Numbered from the stretch's first letter, positions 22,475-33,148 are shown. The stretch is DNA of 64,000 nucleotides from Nitrososphaeraceae archaeon (GCA_035250975.1 DATFEP010000058.1:1-64000); one strand, 5' to 3'. Numbers and translations: made by a program. Notes: a model not told the origin generated them from the letters alone.

Positions 22475-23542
22475 TCACTCCAAAAGTAGCATTGATTTAA
22501 TACGTTCAACGGGGATATCATAACGTTTTCCATACGCTATTCTTTTAATGTTGTCCCATTCAGATTCTGCAGTTAAGATAAAATGAAAAATTGTTCCTAT
22601 TGAGAGTGATATATTTTTCAATCTTTTTACATATGTTTTAATAATAAATTTATCCAAGGCCACCTCAAAATCTATTAGATTGTTGGTCTTGATAAAGTTA
22701 TCCAATAAATCATCTAACTTGTAGTAATCTTGTATTTTCCCTATAAATTCATTAATATTTTTTGATCCAAAAATATCAAGCAAGATATTCAATGGAATGT
22801 TCCCCCCTTCGATAAGATGTTTATTTAATAATTCTCGATCCAGATTGGAATCCCTAGCTTTTAATACATTTAAAATGTTCTTTTTATCTATTTGTGCTCT
22901 AAATAACTCTCTAATTACTCCCTCATCACCTTGAAAAAACTTTAAGGATTCAAGTAATGACTTGTAATAATATGATTGAAGATCAGCCATCATAGGACCA
23001 AGGTCGGCTGTTTTTTGATAAGCATCAAGATGTTGCATCAATATGGTTCCATATCTATACTTTATGAGTTGATTCACGACACCCTCTACGTTGGTTTGCG
23101 ACAAAATAATTTTCATTTCATCATGTGCAATATTTCCTGCTGAGATTCCTGCAGGAACATTTCTACTAGATACCAGAAAATGTTCTGTTTCCGTTATTGC
23201 ACGTCCTATTAATTTAGAAGATAAAATTAATTCTATATTATGAATATCCCACTTTAAAAGATAGGCTCTGACCGCAGCCCTTCCACTGAACGGTGTAGCT
23301 TCAAGAGCAATTTTGTTTATATCAACCATATGTCTATTGAGAGCTACTTCTAAAAGTTCTGGTGGCGAATATACAGCTGCTGCTTTTTCTATTTCTGGAC
23401 CGTAGGACGTAGGTTCAAGCATCCTAATAATTTCAGCAACATCTTTGGCCTGAGCGAGACTTAGAATAAAATCCTTAGATAGAAAGCTCATCGAGAGTGC
23501 CTGCAATCTTCCAAAAGAAGAGGAATATGATGAGGTCGTCAT
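22475..23542 (-). CDS. atpC: A/V-type ATP synthase subunit C (d)
   Basis: KWDIHNI, IDKKNI, E.EWDNIKRIAYGK; 355 aa; operon position. Confidence 0.92.
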   Translation of the reverse strand: MTTSSYSSSFGRLQALSMSFLSKDFILSLAQAKDVAEIIRMLEPTSYGPEIEKAAAVYSPPELLEVALNRHMVDINKIALEATPFSGRAAVRAYLLKWDIHNIELILSSKLIGRAITETEHFLVSSRNVPAGISAGNIAHDEMKIILSQTNVEGVVNQLIKYRYGTILMQHLDAYQKTADLGPMMADLQSYYYKSLLESLKFFQGDEGVIRELFRAQIDKKNILNVLKARDSNLDRELLNKHLIEGGNIPLNILLDIFGSKNINEFIGKIQDYYKLDDLLDNFIKTNNLIDFEVALDKFIIKTYVKRLKNISLSIGTIFHFILTAESEWDNIKRIAYGKRYDIPVERIKSMLLLE

Positions 23543-23544
23543 TA

Positions 23545-24108
23545 CTACTTTATCATTCTCTCAAGAAGAAAACTTTTTACATCATCTTCATGAGTTCTTA
23601 ACAACTCTTCAAAGGTCAGATCGATCTCTCTAGTTCCATTATTATCCTCTGCTAGAATTCCACCTATAGTATCGATAGTTGCTCCGAGTGTTACGTTCAT
23701 AGCTTTAATAGCCATACTATCATCAACATTAGAATGAATTACTACGTTCTTACCCAAATTCTTTTTTGCATGGTTGACCATCCTTTCCAGAGTTTTTTTG
23801 TATTCTGGTTTCTTGGTATAATTTTTTAATTCTTGTCTTATTGTATTAAAGGTGGAATCCATGTTTTCATTAATTGCATCAAAAAGGACCTTTTTTGCGT
23901 CTAACTTAGCCGTCTCCACTATCCTAGCCGCATCTCTTTGAGACCTTACTTTTGCTTCATTAGCATAAAACTCTTTGAGCTCTTTTATTGTAGTTTCCTT
24001 TGATATTTCAATGGCTGCTTTCTTTTCAGCAAAAGAAGTATCAATAATATCTATTTTTCTTTGTTTCCTCTCATCAATCTCTCGCATGAAAGTGAACAGG
24101 CTTGTCAT
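23545..24108 (-). CDS. atpE: A/V-type ATP synthase subunit E
   Basis: Coiled-coil N-terminus, IGGILAED..G..EIDLTFEELL. Confidence 0.88.
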   Translation of the reverse strand: MTSLFTFMREIDERKQRKIDIIDTSFAEKKAAIEISKETTIKELKEFYANEAKVRSQRDAARIVETAKLDAKKVLFDAINENMDSTFNTIRQELKNYTKKPEYKKTLERMVNHAKKNLGKNVVIHSNVDDSMAIKAMNVTLGATIDTIGGILAEDNNGTREIDLTFEELLRTHEDDVKSFLLERMIK

Positions 24109-24123
24109 CTAACAAGTCGCCAC

Positions 24124-24468
24124 TTAGAGTATTCCTAACAGTAGAATTATTCCTAGCACGAAACCAATAATCCAAAGAGTCTCAGGGATCACGAAGAAGA
24201 ATAGAACCTGTCCAAACTTTTCTGGTTTCTCTGCTATTATCCCCATTCCTGCCGCACCTATACCTTGCTGAGCATTTCCAGTACCTATAAGACCACCTGC
24301 AATTGCTATTGCTGCCGCAATTGCCAATAATGGCTTCGTCAAATCTGAACTAGCTGCTTTCGCTGTCTCTTGGGCAAACACTTGTGTAGTAGATAATGTA
24401 AAAGCAGCAATTGCCAATCCTGCAATTATAGTAATAATTGACAATTTTGAACCATTATATCTCATCAT
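24124..24468 (-). CDS. atpK: A/V-type ATP synthase proteolipid subunit K (c), single hairpin with N-terminal signal-like extension
   Basis: GTGNAQQGIGAAGMGIIAEKPEKFG...VIPETLWIIGFV with the ion-binding Glu. Confidence 0.95.
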   Translation of the reverse strand: MMRYNGSKLSIITIIAGLAIAAFTLSTTQVFAQETAKAASSDLTKPLLAIAAAIAIAGGLIGTGNAQQGIGAAGMGIIAEKPEKFGQVLFFFVIPETLWIIGFVLGIILLLGIL

Positions 24469-24493
24469 TACTAGATATGGTTAATTATATGGT

Positions 24494-24510
24494 TATATTA
24501 AGAGTTTTCT
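24494..24510 (-). promoter_or_regulatory. Putative BRE/TATA promoter of the ATP synthase operon
   Basis: Minus strand AGAAAACTC-TTAATATA, 25 nt upstream of the atpK ATG (leaderless spacing). Confidence 0.55.
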
Positions 24511-25077
24511 CCAAATTTCCTAAGAATTTGTACGCAACCTATGAAATAATAGTATTGTTTTTTCAATTAATTTCAACTAAAGTATAACAGATTGCATTTT
24601 CTAACTCCTATATCATATGGAAATTTGATAAGATATTTGACCAAAAAATACTCAATCATCTCCATGAAATAAAAAGTAATAGGTAGATTTGGAGATAACT
24701 GAGATTCAATAGATTCTTCTATTATACTTAGTATCATATAAAAAAGTCAGCTTGCTCATTGTTAAATTTTCTCTGCTCATTCTGATTTCATAAATTTCAT
24801 TAATAGTTCGACGTAATTTTCAACGCGAAGTTGATCAACCAAGAATTGATATTGGGATTTACACTACTATCAAATATACATGTTACCGATAATTTATGAA
24901 TGGTTTGTTAATTTTTTTGCTAAATATTTGAGTTTGATCTAATATTCAATAGTATACAAAAAAAATTTAATTGTTGGTTACATGGTCATTTTATGTAAAA
25001 CATTACTAAAAATTGGTTGTTCATTCGACTGCAGATTCGGTCGAATTAACAATAAATTCACAAGCATTTCCATCAAA

Positions 25078-25347
25078 TTACTTAGTCAAATTTTGCGCAG
25101 CATCTGTTTGATTAGAAGTTATATTTGCAAGAGCACTTGCAGTCGCGTTAACAATAGTTTCTGTTGTATTTCCAATAGATTCAACGAATGAAAAATTCTC
25201 CAGCGGGTTATCACCTGTCAACTTTTCCAGTTCTTCTATGCTCCCTACTGCGTTAACATCTTGGGAGGCGTTCTGTGCAAAAACGTGAGTAGTTGACGTC
25301 AGAACCACCAGACTTGCAAAGATAATCAATGTAATTCCTTGATTCAT
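25078..25347 (-). CDS. Small secreted N/T/A-rich protein
   Basis: Signal peptide ending VFAQ; several N-x-S/T sequons; GSIEELEKL motif. Confidence 0.75.
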   Translation of the reverse strand: MNQGITLIIFASLVVLTSTTHVFAQNASQDVNAVGSIEELEKLTGDNPLENFSFVESIGNTTETIVNATASALANITSNQTDAAQNLTK

Positions 25348-25834
25348 AATAAATTTCTGAATCTAATCATATATTATCTTTTATATTCATAGAAGGATCT
25401 AATAAAATTTGAATATTTTCATACATTTCGGCTTGAATTCAGGCGCTAATAATTTTGTTTCGTCGCTTTAAAAAATATATTTAAAATATTTTTTACCTAT
25501 GTTTTTAAAGCAGATCCATAATGGAAATTTTTCATTTCAGACAAGAATCATCGCGTAATAAATGATATGCCAACGTTATCCTAATTTTATAAATCAAACC
25601 GAGTTATTTCTAATCCTTGAATTTCACACGCAAACATAATTTGTAAAAGAAGGATGTTTTAATCTTTTGACACATTTTTTTCTTACCAACAAGATGGAGA
25701 AAAAAGGGTAAAGGATTAACAAAATAACGAGCAAGTACATTGTGAAAAACTTGTAAAGACGTTACCCACATATCATAATGCCGTGATTGAAAGACATTAC
25801 AATGCTAATAAAGTTTGTTAGTTAATATTATTTA

Positions 25835-26041
25835 TTGGGAATTACAGAAAAATTGGAAAACATTATAAGAATTTGCAGATATGAAGACGATGTAGATAAA
25901 AAAGTTGTGCTGTTACTTTCGATCGATAATTTGTTGCCTAACAAAAATAAATTAAAAATTCCTTCATATGTGACAAGAGACTATATCGATATGATTTTAA
26001 ATGAGCTAGAAAAGAAGATAGAATATCAAAAGTTAATATGA
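25835..26041 (+). CDS. Small hypothetical protein
   Basis: 68-aa helical ORF, TTG start. Confidence 0.55.
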   Translation: MGITEKLENIIRICRYEDDVDKKVVLLLSIDNLLPNKNKLKIPSYVTRDYIDMILNELEKKIEYQKLI

Positions 26042-26302
26042 AATATAGCATAACAATACAGTATTTCACTGTAATCGCCCTGAATTTTAATCTAGAATTA
26101 TGCTACAATCTTATGATATCCACGACTAATAATAAAAAATGATTTTTCCTGATCTAGAATTCTTGTTATATATTTTATAATTCAAAATATTTACTAAAAT
26201 ATCACTAAATTTCCTGTTTAAAACCAGTTTAGATTATTATAAACATCTTAGAAGGATAATAAACAATTTTAACAGCTATAGAGTTATTATAATGCGAATC
26301 AT

Positions 26303-26704
26303 TTGAGAGCGAAAAAAATTATGATTATAGAAGATGAATTAGATATTTTATTATTGTATAAAGACTATTTGGCAAACAAGGGGTATGAGGTAATTGGAAC
26401 CTCTACGACCGCAAATGAAATTCTGAAGGATTATGAAAATTCTCTTCCAGATATTGTTATGTTAGATTATAAATTACCAGGAAATATGAATGGTCTCGAT
26501 GCAGCTAAAATGCTCTTGCAGAAAAAGACGGATTTATCCATAATACTGGTTACTGCTTTTGATGAGGTAAAGAAGGAGATAAATAAGGATCCTTTCTTTT
26601 CTAGTAAAAAAATATCAGTACTTATTAAACCGGTTAGATTGAACTTACTTGAAAAACATATAAGAAACTTGGGGAATATTTTACCAAAAAACAAGAGCAA
26701 ATAA
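26303..26704 (+). CDS. Stand-alone response regulator receiver (CheY-like)
   Basis: IMIIEDE, PDIVMLDYKLPG, LVTAF, LIKP. Confidence 0.93.
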   Translation: MRAKKIMIIEDELDILLLYKDYLANKGYEVIGTSTTANEILKDYENSLPDIVMLDYKLPGNMNGLDAAKMLLQKKTDLSIILVTAFDEVKKEINKDPFFSSKKISVLIKPVRLNLLEKHIRNLGNILPKNKSK

Positions 26705-26829
26705 TAAAATCAGATTATGTTTTATATCTTATATGTGCACTCAATATATCTAGAATTTTATCGTATAAACATAATTATCATCAAAAAATTTATATATTTG
26801 ACTATCTCGCCGACCTAAATCTAATAGTC

Positions 26830-27177
26830 TTAGAAGACGTACACTTCTGATGCTTTCTTCTTCTCTAGGTCTACATCTATTATGAATAAACATGTTTTTA
26901 ATATATCTACAGTATACGAAAGCCTACAAATATCCAGTACATCTTTGGTATTTTTCAGCTCGTAGCTTAATTCAATTGTGGCATCTTGAATTATTGCTCT
27001 TAAAGAATACAAGTCATCAACTTTTTTACTCACAAATTTGATCCACATCAGGATTGCTTTCTCGACTGATTCATGATATTTAATATTACTTGAACTATTG
27101 TCATAGTCTTTGGTTACCTTATTTACAATTTCCCCAAAATTTATTTCAGTTGTGAGAATCATTTTAATCAAAACCAA
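26830..27177 (-). CDS. Hypothetical protein downstream of tfb
   Basis: 115-aa ORF, 33 nt after the tfb stop, same strand. Confidence 0.6.
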   Translation of the reverse strand: MVLIKMILTTEINFGEIVNKVTKDYDNSSSNIKYHESVEKAILMWIKFVSKKVDDLYSLRAIIQDATIELSYELKNTKDVLDICRLSYTVDILKTCLFIIDVDLEKKKASEVYVF

Positions 27178-27210
27178 AACAAAAGTAGTTCATTTTTAAT
27201 GTAAGACTTT

Positions 27211-28146
27211 TTACTCGTTTTTTGATAATGCATTATCTGGCAAGTGAGGGAAAATTTGCTTCACGTCAAGAAATCTTTTTCGTAGTGTTACAACACTCAT
27301 ATTTCCTGCATTTGCAATTTTTGACTGAGTTATTTTTTCCCCTTTTTCTAGACAAGCACCATATAAGGTAGCAACAGATAAAGCTGTTGGATCTTTTCCA
27401 TATGAAATGGGATCGTCGTTAATTAACGTCATCATTTCTAATGCCCTAACCATAGTTTGTCGAGTTATACCTGCTATTCCAGCAATTTTTGTCATGTGGG
27501 TGGTAGAGTCAATTAACGGTAAATTGATCGTCAGGTGTCTCAGAAGTAGACGATAACAACGCCCTGCAAATACTTTATCAGCATTAACAGAATTAGAAAT
27601 TTCACTGATTGTACGAGGAACTTTCAATTCTCTACAAACGACATATACGCAAGCAACAATGAATTCTTTAATAGAACGACCTTTTATTATTTTTAAGTCT
27701 ACTACTTTACGGTAATAATATGCTGATTTTTCGATAATAGTTTCGCTTAATGATAACTTATCTTTTATTCTCATTAGAATGCTAAATGCTTTCTTTAAAT
27801 TTCTATGATAGCTTCTGTTACTATTTGATATCTTGTTCCAATGACGTATCTTAACTGCTTTTGAGATTTGTTTAACATTTAGTTGATTACCATATGCATC
27901 TACATTTTCCTGAGAAATTGTTGTGGACAATCCTTTATCAAAAATAAGCAATGAATTTTTTTCCAAGTTTTGCGATCTATCAGCTGAAATATCATCAGTA
28001 ACAAACTGCTCGCAATTTACTACACCACATTTGGTACAAATTATCTCACTGCTAATACTGTCAAAAACTAGATTTGAATTTTTACAATTAAAGCAAATGT
28101 CTTTTGTTGTATCTGGTTTCTGTAATTTTTCTACTAATTTACTCAC
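27211..28146 (-). CDS. tfb: Transcription initiation factor IIB (TFB) paralogue
   Basis: Zn ribbon CFNC...CTKCG, DKGLSTTI, two cyclin repeats (IKGRSI, GKDP, SVVTLRKR). Confidence 0.93.
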   Translation of the reverse strand: MSKLVEKLQKPDTTKDICFNCKNSNLVFDSISSEIICTKCGVVNCEQFVTDDISADRSQNLEKNSLLIFDKGLSTTISQENVDAYGNQLNVKQISKAVKIRHWNKISNSNRSYHRNLKKAFSILMRIKDKLSLSETIIEKSAYYYRKVVDLKIIKGRSIKEFIVACVYVVCRELKVPRTISEISNSVNADKVFAGRCYRLLLRHLTINLPLIDSTTHMTKIAGIAGITRQTMVRALEMMTLINDDPISYGKDPTALSVATLYGACLEKGEKITQSKIANAGNMSVVTLRKRFLDVKQIFPHLPDNALSKNE

Positions 28147-28274
28147 AGATGGAACTTATTTTTGGAATTAATAAAGGATAGGTTTACATAGTACGAAAAA
28201 AATTATAATAATTACAAATAACTACAAACGAACACAAAGAAACACAATTATAAGCGCTTAGCGTTCTCAATATA

Positions 28275-28796
28275 GTGAAATCTGTTACACGGTCCTTTAG
28301 ACTTGAAGATTCTCTATCTAAGATTCTAGATGAAGAAGCCGACAGAATGGGAATTTCAATCAATGCATTAGTTAATATAATTATTAAGCAATATTTGGAT
28401 TTCACGCGCTACTTGTCCAAAATAGACATGGTTATCATCAACAGAGAGCTCTTGAGGGTTTTGTTAGAATCCTTAGAAGAGAAGGAGATCTATGATATTG
28501 CAATTTTATTTGGAAGCAGTATACCAAAAGATACAATATTATTTTGGAAAAAAGAACTAACCAATCATACCGTCTTTGAATACCTTGAAAAAATCGTATG
28601 TAGATATGGTTTGTTAGGAACTTATGATGAGATGTTCCAAAATGACATAAAAACAATTGTTATACGGCACAGACTTGGAAAAAAGGGTTCGGTCTTTTTC
28701 AACGGTTATTTGAAATCTACATTGAAAAATACCTTAGGATTAGATACTTCAGTAGAATTGACCGAATCATCTGTGAAAATTCAAATTAAAATATAG
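28275..28796 (+). CDS. Ribbon-helix-helix protein with C-terminal putative ligand-binding domain
   Basis: TRSFRLEDSLSKILDEEADRMGISINALVNIIIKQY is an RHH pattern; divergent from tfb. Confidence 0.8.
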   Translation: MKSVTRSFRLEDSLSKILDEEADRMGISINALVNIIIKQYLDFTRYLSKIDMVIINRELLRVLLESLEEKEIYDIAILFGSSIPKDTILFWKKELTNHTVFEYLEKIVCRYGLLGTYDEMFQNDIKTIVIRHRLGKKGSVFFNGYLKSTLKNTLGLDTSVELTESSVKIQIKI

Positions 28797-29199
28797 TGAA
28801 TATTAGAGAAGTTTAATCCGAAAGTGCAATTGATTCTTATACATCTACAATAAAAGAAGATAAATCAAAATAGCACCAATGAAAGAAGCACTAATCTTAG
28901 TTCGAAAGTCTAATACTACTAGCTATCATGGAAATTTTGTCTCTAATTGAATTTTTAACAAACGATATTTGGTTTTATGACCGCATGTTTAATACTGTAA
29001 GTCTTATTACAGATTATGAGAATTATGAAAAATTTTTGCGAGGTCGACTTGGACAAGATGAAGATGTAAAATCATAATTTAGAACTTGATTAGTGCAATA
29101 GAGGATATTGAAATTAAATGGCAAAGATAAAATGATATGTTGCTAGATCGGTTTCATTTGCAGCTAATAATCATTTCAAAAATTAAGTATATGTACAGA

Positions 29200-29427
29200 T
29201 CATAAATCATATTTCATCCATTTGTTTTCAACTATCATATTTTCAAAATCTCTTTTACTGCTGAAGTGTTCTTCTATAGCATCAGCATCATCCTGAATAG
29301 AGTACAGAGAATAACCTGGAAAGTGCTCTACTATAATTGTGGAATCAGATTTCATATCCATAAAAATCTCTAAAGTACTCTTAGCATTTTCTTTAATCAA
29401 GTGCTCGCTCATTTTATAACTTTCCAT
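29200..29427 (-). CDS. Small hypothetical protein
   Basis: 75-aa acidic ORF; GGTGG SD-like motif at the start. Confidence 0.55.
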   Translation of the reverse strand: MESYKMSEHLIKENAKSTLEIFMDMKSDSTIIVEHFPGYSLYSIQDDADAIEEHFSSKRDFENMIVENKWMKYDL

Positions 29428-29821
29428 CCACCATCATCATTATTAAGGCAGCAAGGTAGAAAAACAATTTGGATCATTAGTAATTAAAAATTTCTAATAC
29501 CAGAGTAAATGTGTCGAATTTGATGTTACTATAAATGTTAAATTGACCCCAAGATAAATATGAATTATTCGAAAATACGTGTTATAGTGATGTGTTTAGA
29601 ATTATACCTTCAGAATCTTATCTGTAAATAAGGAAAAAATTATTATTTTATTTATATTACATACTCTCCTCTGATTTGACTTCCAGATAATTATTATGTA
29701 AAAATTTGACTTGTGGCACCAAACTCAAACTGCAGTTTCATTTTATTGTGAGTCTTAATAAAATTTGAACTGTAAAATGACGATTAAATAATTATATTTT
29801 GACAGTGTTTATATTAGTAAA

Positions 29822-30223
29822 TTGATAAATGAACATATGCAAAAACCAAGAGTTTTCATAGTTCAGGAAGATGAAGATGCCAACATAATATTATCTGGGA
29901 TGTTATGTTTAAAGGGTATTGAGGCACTCAAGTTCACCACAGGAGAAGATTGCATTAAAAAAATAAGAGAATTCAAAGGAAAGGTGGATGTAGTAATAAT
30001 TAGTGGCGATATCGCGTCCGATAGATATCTAAAGATTGTATTAACCATTAAACAGATAAATAATAATATCAAAATCTTGGTGATTGCTGAGGAAGATTCT
30101 GAAAAGACTAGACTCTTGGGTTACGGAGCAGATGAATTTACCTTAAAACCAATGAGTCCCGAGAATGTGGCAGATAAGGTATTTATGTTAATTTCAAGGG
30201 AAGCTATACTGGATAACAGGTAG
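29822..30223 (+). CDS. Atypical (pseudo-)receiver domain protein
   Basis: Receiver pattern (VFIVQED, VDVVII, GADEFTLKP) with Ser at the phosphoacceptor Asp position. Confidence 0.82.
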   Translation: MINEHMQKPRVFIVQEDEDANIILSGMLCLKGIEALKFTTGEDCIKKIREFKGKVDVVIISGDIASDRYLKIVLTIKQINNNIKILVIAEEDSEKTRLLGYGADEFTLKPMSPENVADKVFMLISREAILDNR

Positions 30224-30499
30224 CAATCGTACACTAACATGCGACAGCACGTTTTTCTTTCTATTATTTATTTTTGGACTAGAAGTTGTTTGAAGAGATT
30301 CAATAGTTTAGATATTTTAGTAGGTCTGAGATAGGTTTATTGCAGTAACTTTTTTAATCCAATAATGAACGTATAATTTAAAATGGTCTAAATAAGCAGA
30401 TTAAAATGTGTTGAAAAATAAGTATTTAGGTACAGGCTCTTTTGTATTTATTTATTATTTTTGCTTCTATATTAAGTATTATGTATATTATATAATGGA

Positions 30500-31003
30500 A
30501 TGAAAAATCTGTCTAAATATGTAATAATGGCTGCTGGATTAGTTGCAATTTCAATACTGGTTCCCAACGTCCAGGCACAAAACAATACTGAATTTTCATC
30601 AAGCCAAGGTCAATCTCAGACTGCATCCAATGAAACGATGTCTTTAATGTCATTAAATATAGGAGAACTCAAAGACTCGCTTGTGAATGCAAAAGATGCT
30701 GTTTCAACAGGAAATTTTGAAAATGCATTGACAGAAGTCACAAATGTCGAAAATCAACTATTACTTGTTAAAGGAGAACAACCACCATTTGTAAGTGATA
30801 TCCAGGCTATAAAAGAATCGATAGCAAATTCTGATGCTCCAAAGACACTTGATGGAATAACAAATGTTCAAATTGAACTATTAAAAGCCGAGACTGATAT
30901 GATGAAAGCAAACCAAGGAAACCCCCAAATGATGATGGGTCAAAATGCTAATAATGATGACAACCAGCAGAATGATGACGACGATAATGAAGACAAAAAC
31001 TAG
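30500..31003 (+). CDS. Secreted helical protein with internal repeat and N/D-rich tail
   Basis: Signal peptide ending VQAQ; duplicated AL/TL...TNV..LL helix; T-rich terminator-like run follows. Confidence 0.8.
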   Translation: MKNLSKYVIMAAGLVAISILVPNVQAQNNTEFSSSQGQSQTASNETMSLMSLNIGELKDSLVNAKDAVSTGNFENALTEVTNVENQLLLVKGEQPPFVSDIQAIKESIANSDAPKTLDGITNVQIELLKAETDMMKANQGNPQMMMGQNANNDDNQQNDDDDNEDKN

Positions 31004-31346
31004 CAAAAATATTAACTAATCTTCACCTATTTTTTTCAAACCTTCTTTACTATCATTGCATTGTAATTAATATATATTATTTAAGAATAACTTGAATTAT
31101 AAACATTACAATTTTATTAATATTTAGTTTTAAAAAAATAAGAGTTGACTTAATTACCAATCGATAAGTTAAGAAAGATTAATTAATTTAATAAATTCTG
31201 AATTTGTATCGGGTTTTCATTTACATTTGAGGTTTTCCCAAGATTCGTATCTTAATCGATATAGTTAATATTCAATATGTGTATTTACTCGTATACGTTA
31301 TAATATACTTACAAATTTTAATATATTATGTATTACTATAAACATT

Positions 31347-31655
31347 ATGGAAAGTATCCATAATATTTATTGCTATGATCCCATAGGTAAGATTGCTAGA
31401 CTAATAGGGGGAAAAAGTATTGGAAAGGTAAAAAAAATATTAGATAAAAATATAATTACACAAAGAGACAATGGTGAAATATTTTATTTACCAAATAAGA
31501 GCGTTTACGGATTTGATGGAATGAATTTTTGGTTTATGTTATCAGAACGTGACCTATTTGAATATAAAATCAATGGGGTTTTTGATGTTCAATATTTTTC
31601 TTCATCTGCTAATCCAACTAACTACTTTATAAACAATAAATGGATGGTCAATTGA
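31347..31655 (+). CDS. PRC-barrel-like small beta protein
   Basis: IGKVKKI...FYLP...VYGFDG..WF.LSE pattern, similar to the N-terminus of 33145-33612. Confidence 0.6.
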   Translation: MESIHNIYCYDPIGKIARLIGGKSIGKVKKILDKNIITQRDNGEIFYLPNKSVYGFDGMNFWFMLSERDLFEYKINGVFDVQYFSSSANPTNYFINNKWMVN

Positions 31656-32064
31656 TGTGTGTGGAATTGCAGGTAAATTCCGAAATTTAGTTCAGCTATC
31701 AACGATATCTTGACCTGCTTAATAATTTAGCAATAGTTATACCAGCGCATGTATTTTTAATCGATATGTCAACATTAAATCCTGTTTTTGATCAATTGCA
31801 AGAATAACAAGCTCAGAAACTAGATAGATTGAAGCTTTTAAACTAACGAACGTATCTGATTAAACATCTGCCATCGAATCACTTCAAGGATGGATAGAAT
31901 TATTTGTCAATATATTGCAACATAATATTGCAACGAAGTAGAATTTTAATAAAATAACTACTATGATCTTCCTCTATGAGTTGATCATTCAATTAAATGA
32001 TGATCGAGATTAAAATTCTAGATTAGTTCTAAGATAGATCCCGATCGAGTTTGGTAATGATTTG

Positions 32065-32208
32065 TCAGCCGCCTCCTGCTCCCTCGCCTCCTCCTGTAGA
32101 TTCAACTTCGAACGGTTCAAATTCCTTTTTAATTTCTTGTAGGCTTTGATTTTTTAAATCCTCTTCGGTTTTTTTCTTTTCAATCTTTTTTTTAGGTTTT
32201 TTGCTCAT
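32065..32208 (-). CDS. 47-aa protein with basic N-terminus and Gly-rich C-terminus (not in ORF track)
   Basis: MSKKPKKKIEKKKTEEDLKNQSLQEIKKEFEPFEVESTGGGEGAGGG*; TTATAA box 22 nt upstream. Confidence 0.65.
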   Translation of the reverse strand: MSKKPKKKIEKKKTEEDLKNQSLQEIKKEFEPFEVESTGGGEGAGGG

Positions 32209-32929
32209 AAAAAATAATGTTTTTCATTTTTTATAAGCATTATCCAATCATTACCTCTTAAATCTTTTGACAAGGTTTTAGTCCTATTTAAAATAATGAA
32301 AAATGCCACGTGATAAATAGTAAGTGTGGATACATATTATTGATAGAATTGATTGGTTAGAAATAGATAGAATCTCAGGTATTATTTCTAATTCTTGTTT
32401 TTTCGGGTTCCGAATAAAATCATTTTAAAAATAATCTTTATAAAATCTCTAATGGGTAAATTTAGACTTTTTGCTGAAATTAAATATATTTTATTGTGTG
32501 TGAACAGGATAAGGTCAGGTCATTTTGTAATCCTAGGATAATATAATCACTTATCATTTATATTAAATAAATTAATATTCAAATCATTTGTCGTCTGCTG
32601 ACAGAGAATTGAATCTTTTTAATCTATTTAAAACCGGCTTCGAGAAAGAAATTTAACCATAAATACTCTACAATACTATCTATTTTATTTTTGATTTATT
32701 TATTTATTTTTTCTTTTTTTATTTTTGATGCCTATTAAACCGCTTTTCTAAAAATCTATTCATAATATGGTAACTATAATAAAATGCAAATAATGATAGA
32801 TATTTCTATATATTGCACGATAAGTCATTGAATGGCACTAGTTCGAATTATTGATTATCTGTCTTCTTAAACATTCCTCAATATTTAACTTCGTAAAACC
32901 GTTTTATACTATAAAGTATAGATCTAACT

Positions 32930-33148
32930 ATGAGTGAAAATATTGAATTAGACAATAATACATACAATATTTTAATATCTTTAGGACATGACGCGAATTT
33001 TCTATATGATACTATTAATAAATATCGTGATGATGCAAAAAAATCCAATAGAGATGATTTGGTAAATCTATGGGAAGAAATAAAAAAAGATAGACTAAGA
33101 CATTTACATATATTGAAAGAGGCATTAGAGAAAGAGATACATAAATGA
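32930..33148 (+). CDS. Small two-helix (half) ferritin-like protein
   Basis: YNIL..L...KYRDDA...LWEEIKKDRLRHLHILKEAL with DxxH; overlaps next gene by 4 nt. Confidence 0.7.
   Translation: MSENIELDNNTYNILISLGHDANFLYDTINKYRDDAKKSNRDDLVNLWEEIKKDRLRHLHILKEALEKEIHK

Noticed and set aside
31658-31714. CGIAG motif resembling an Ntn-amidotransferase N-terminus
   Set aside because: Frame stops after about 18 codons with no further recognisable similarity
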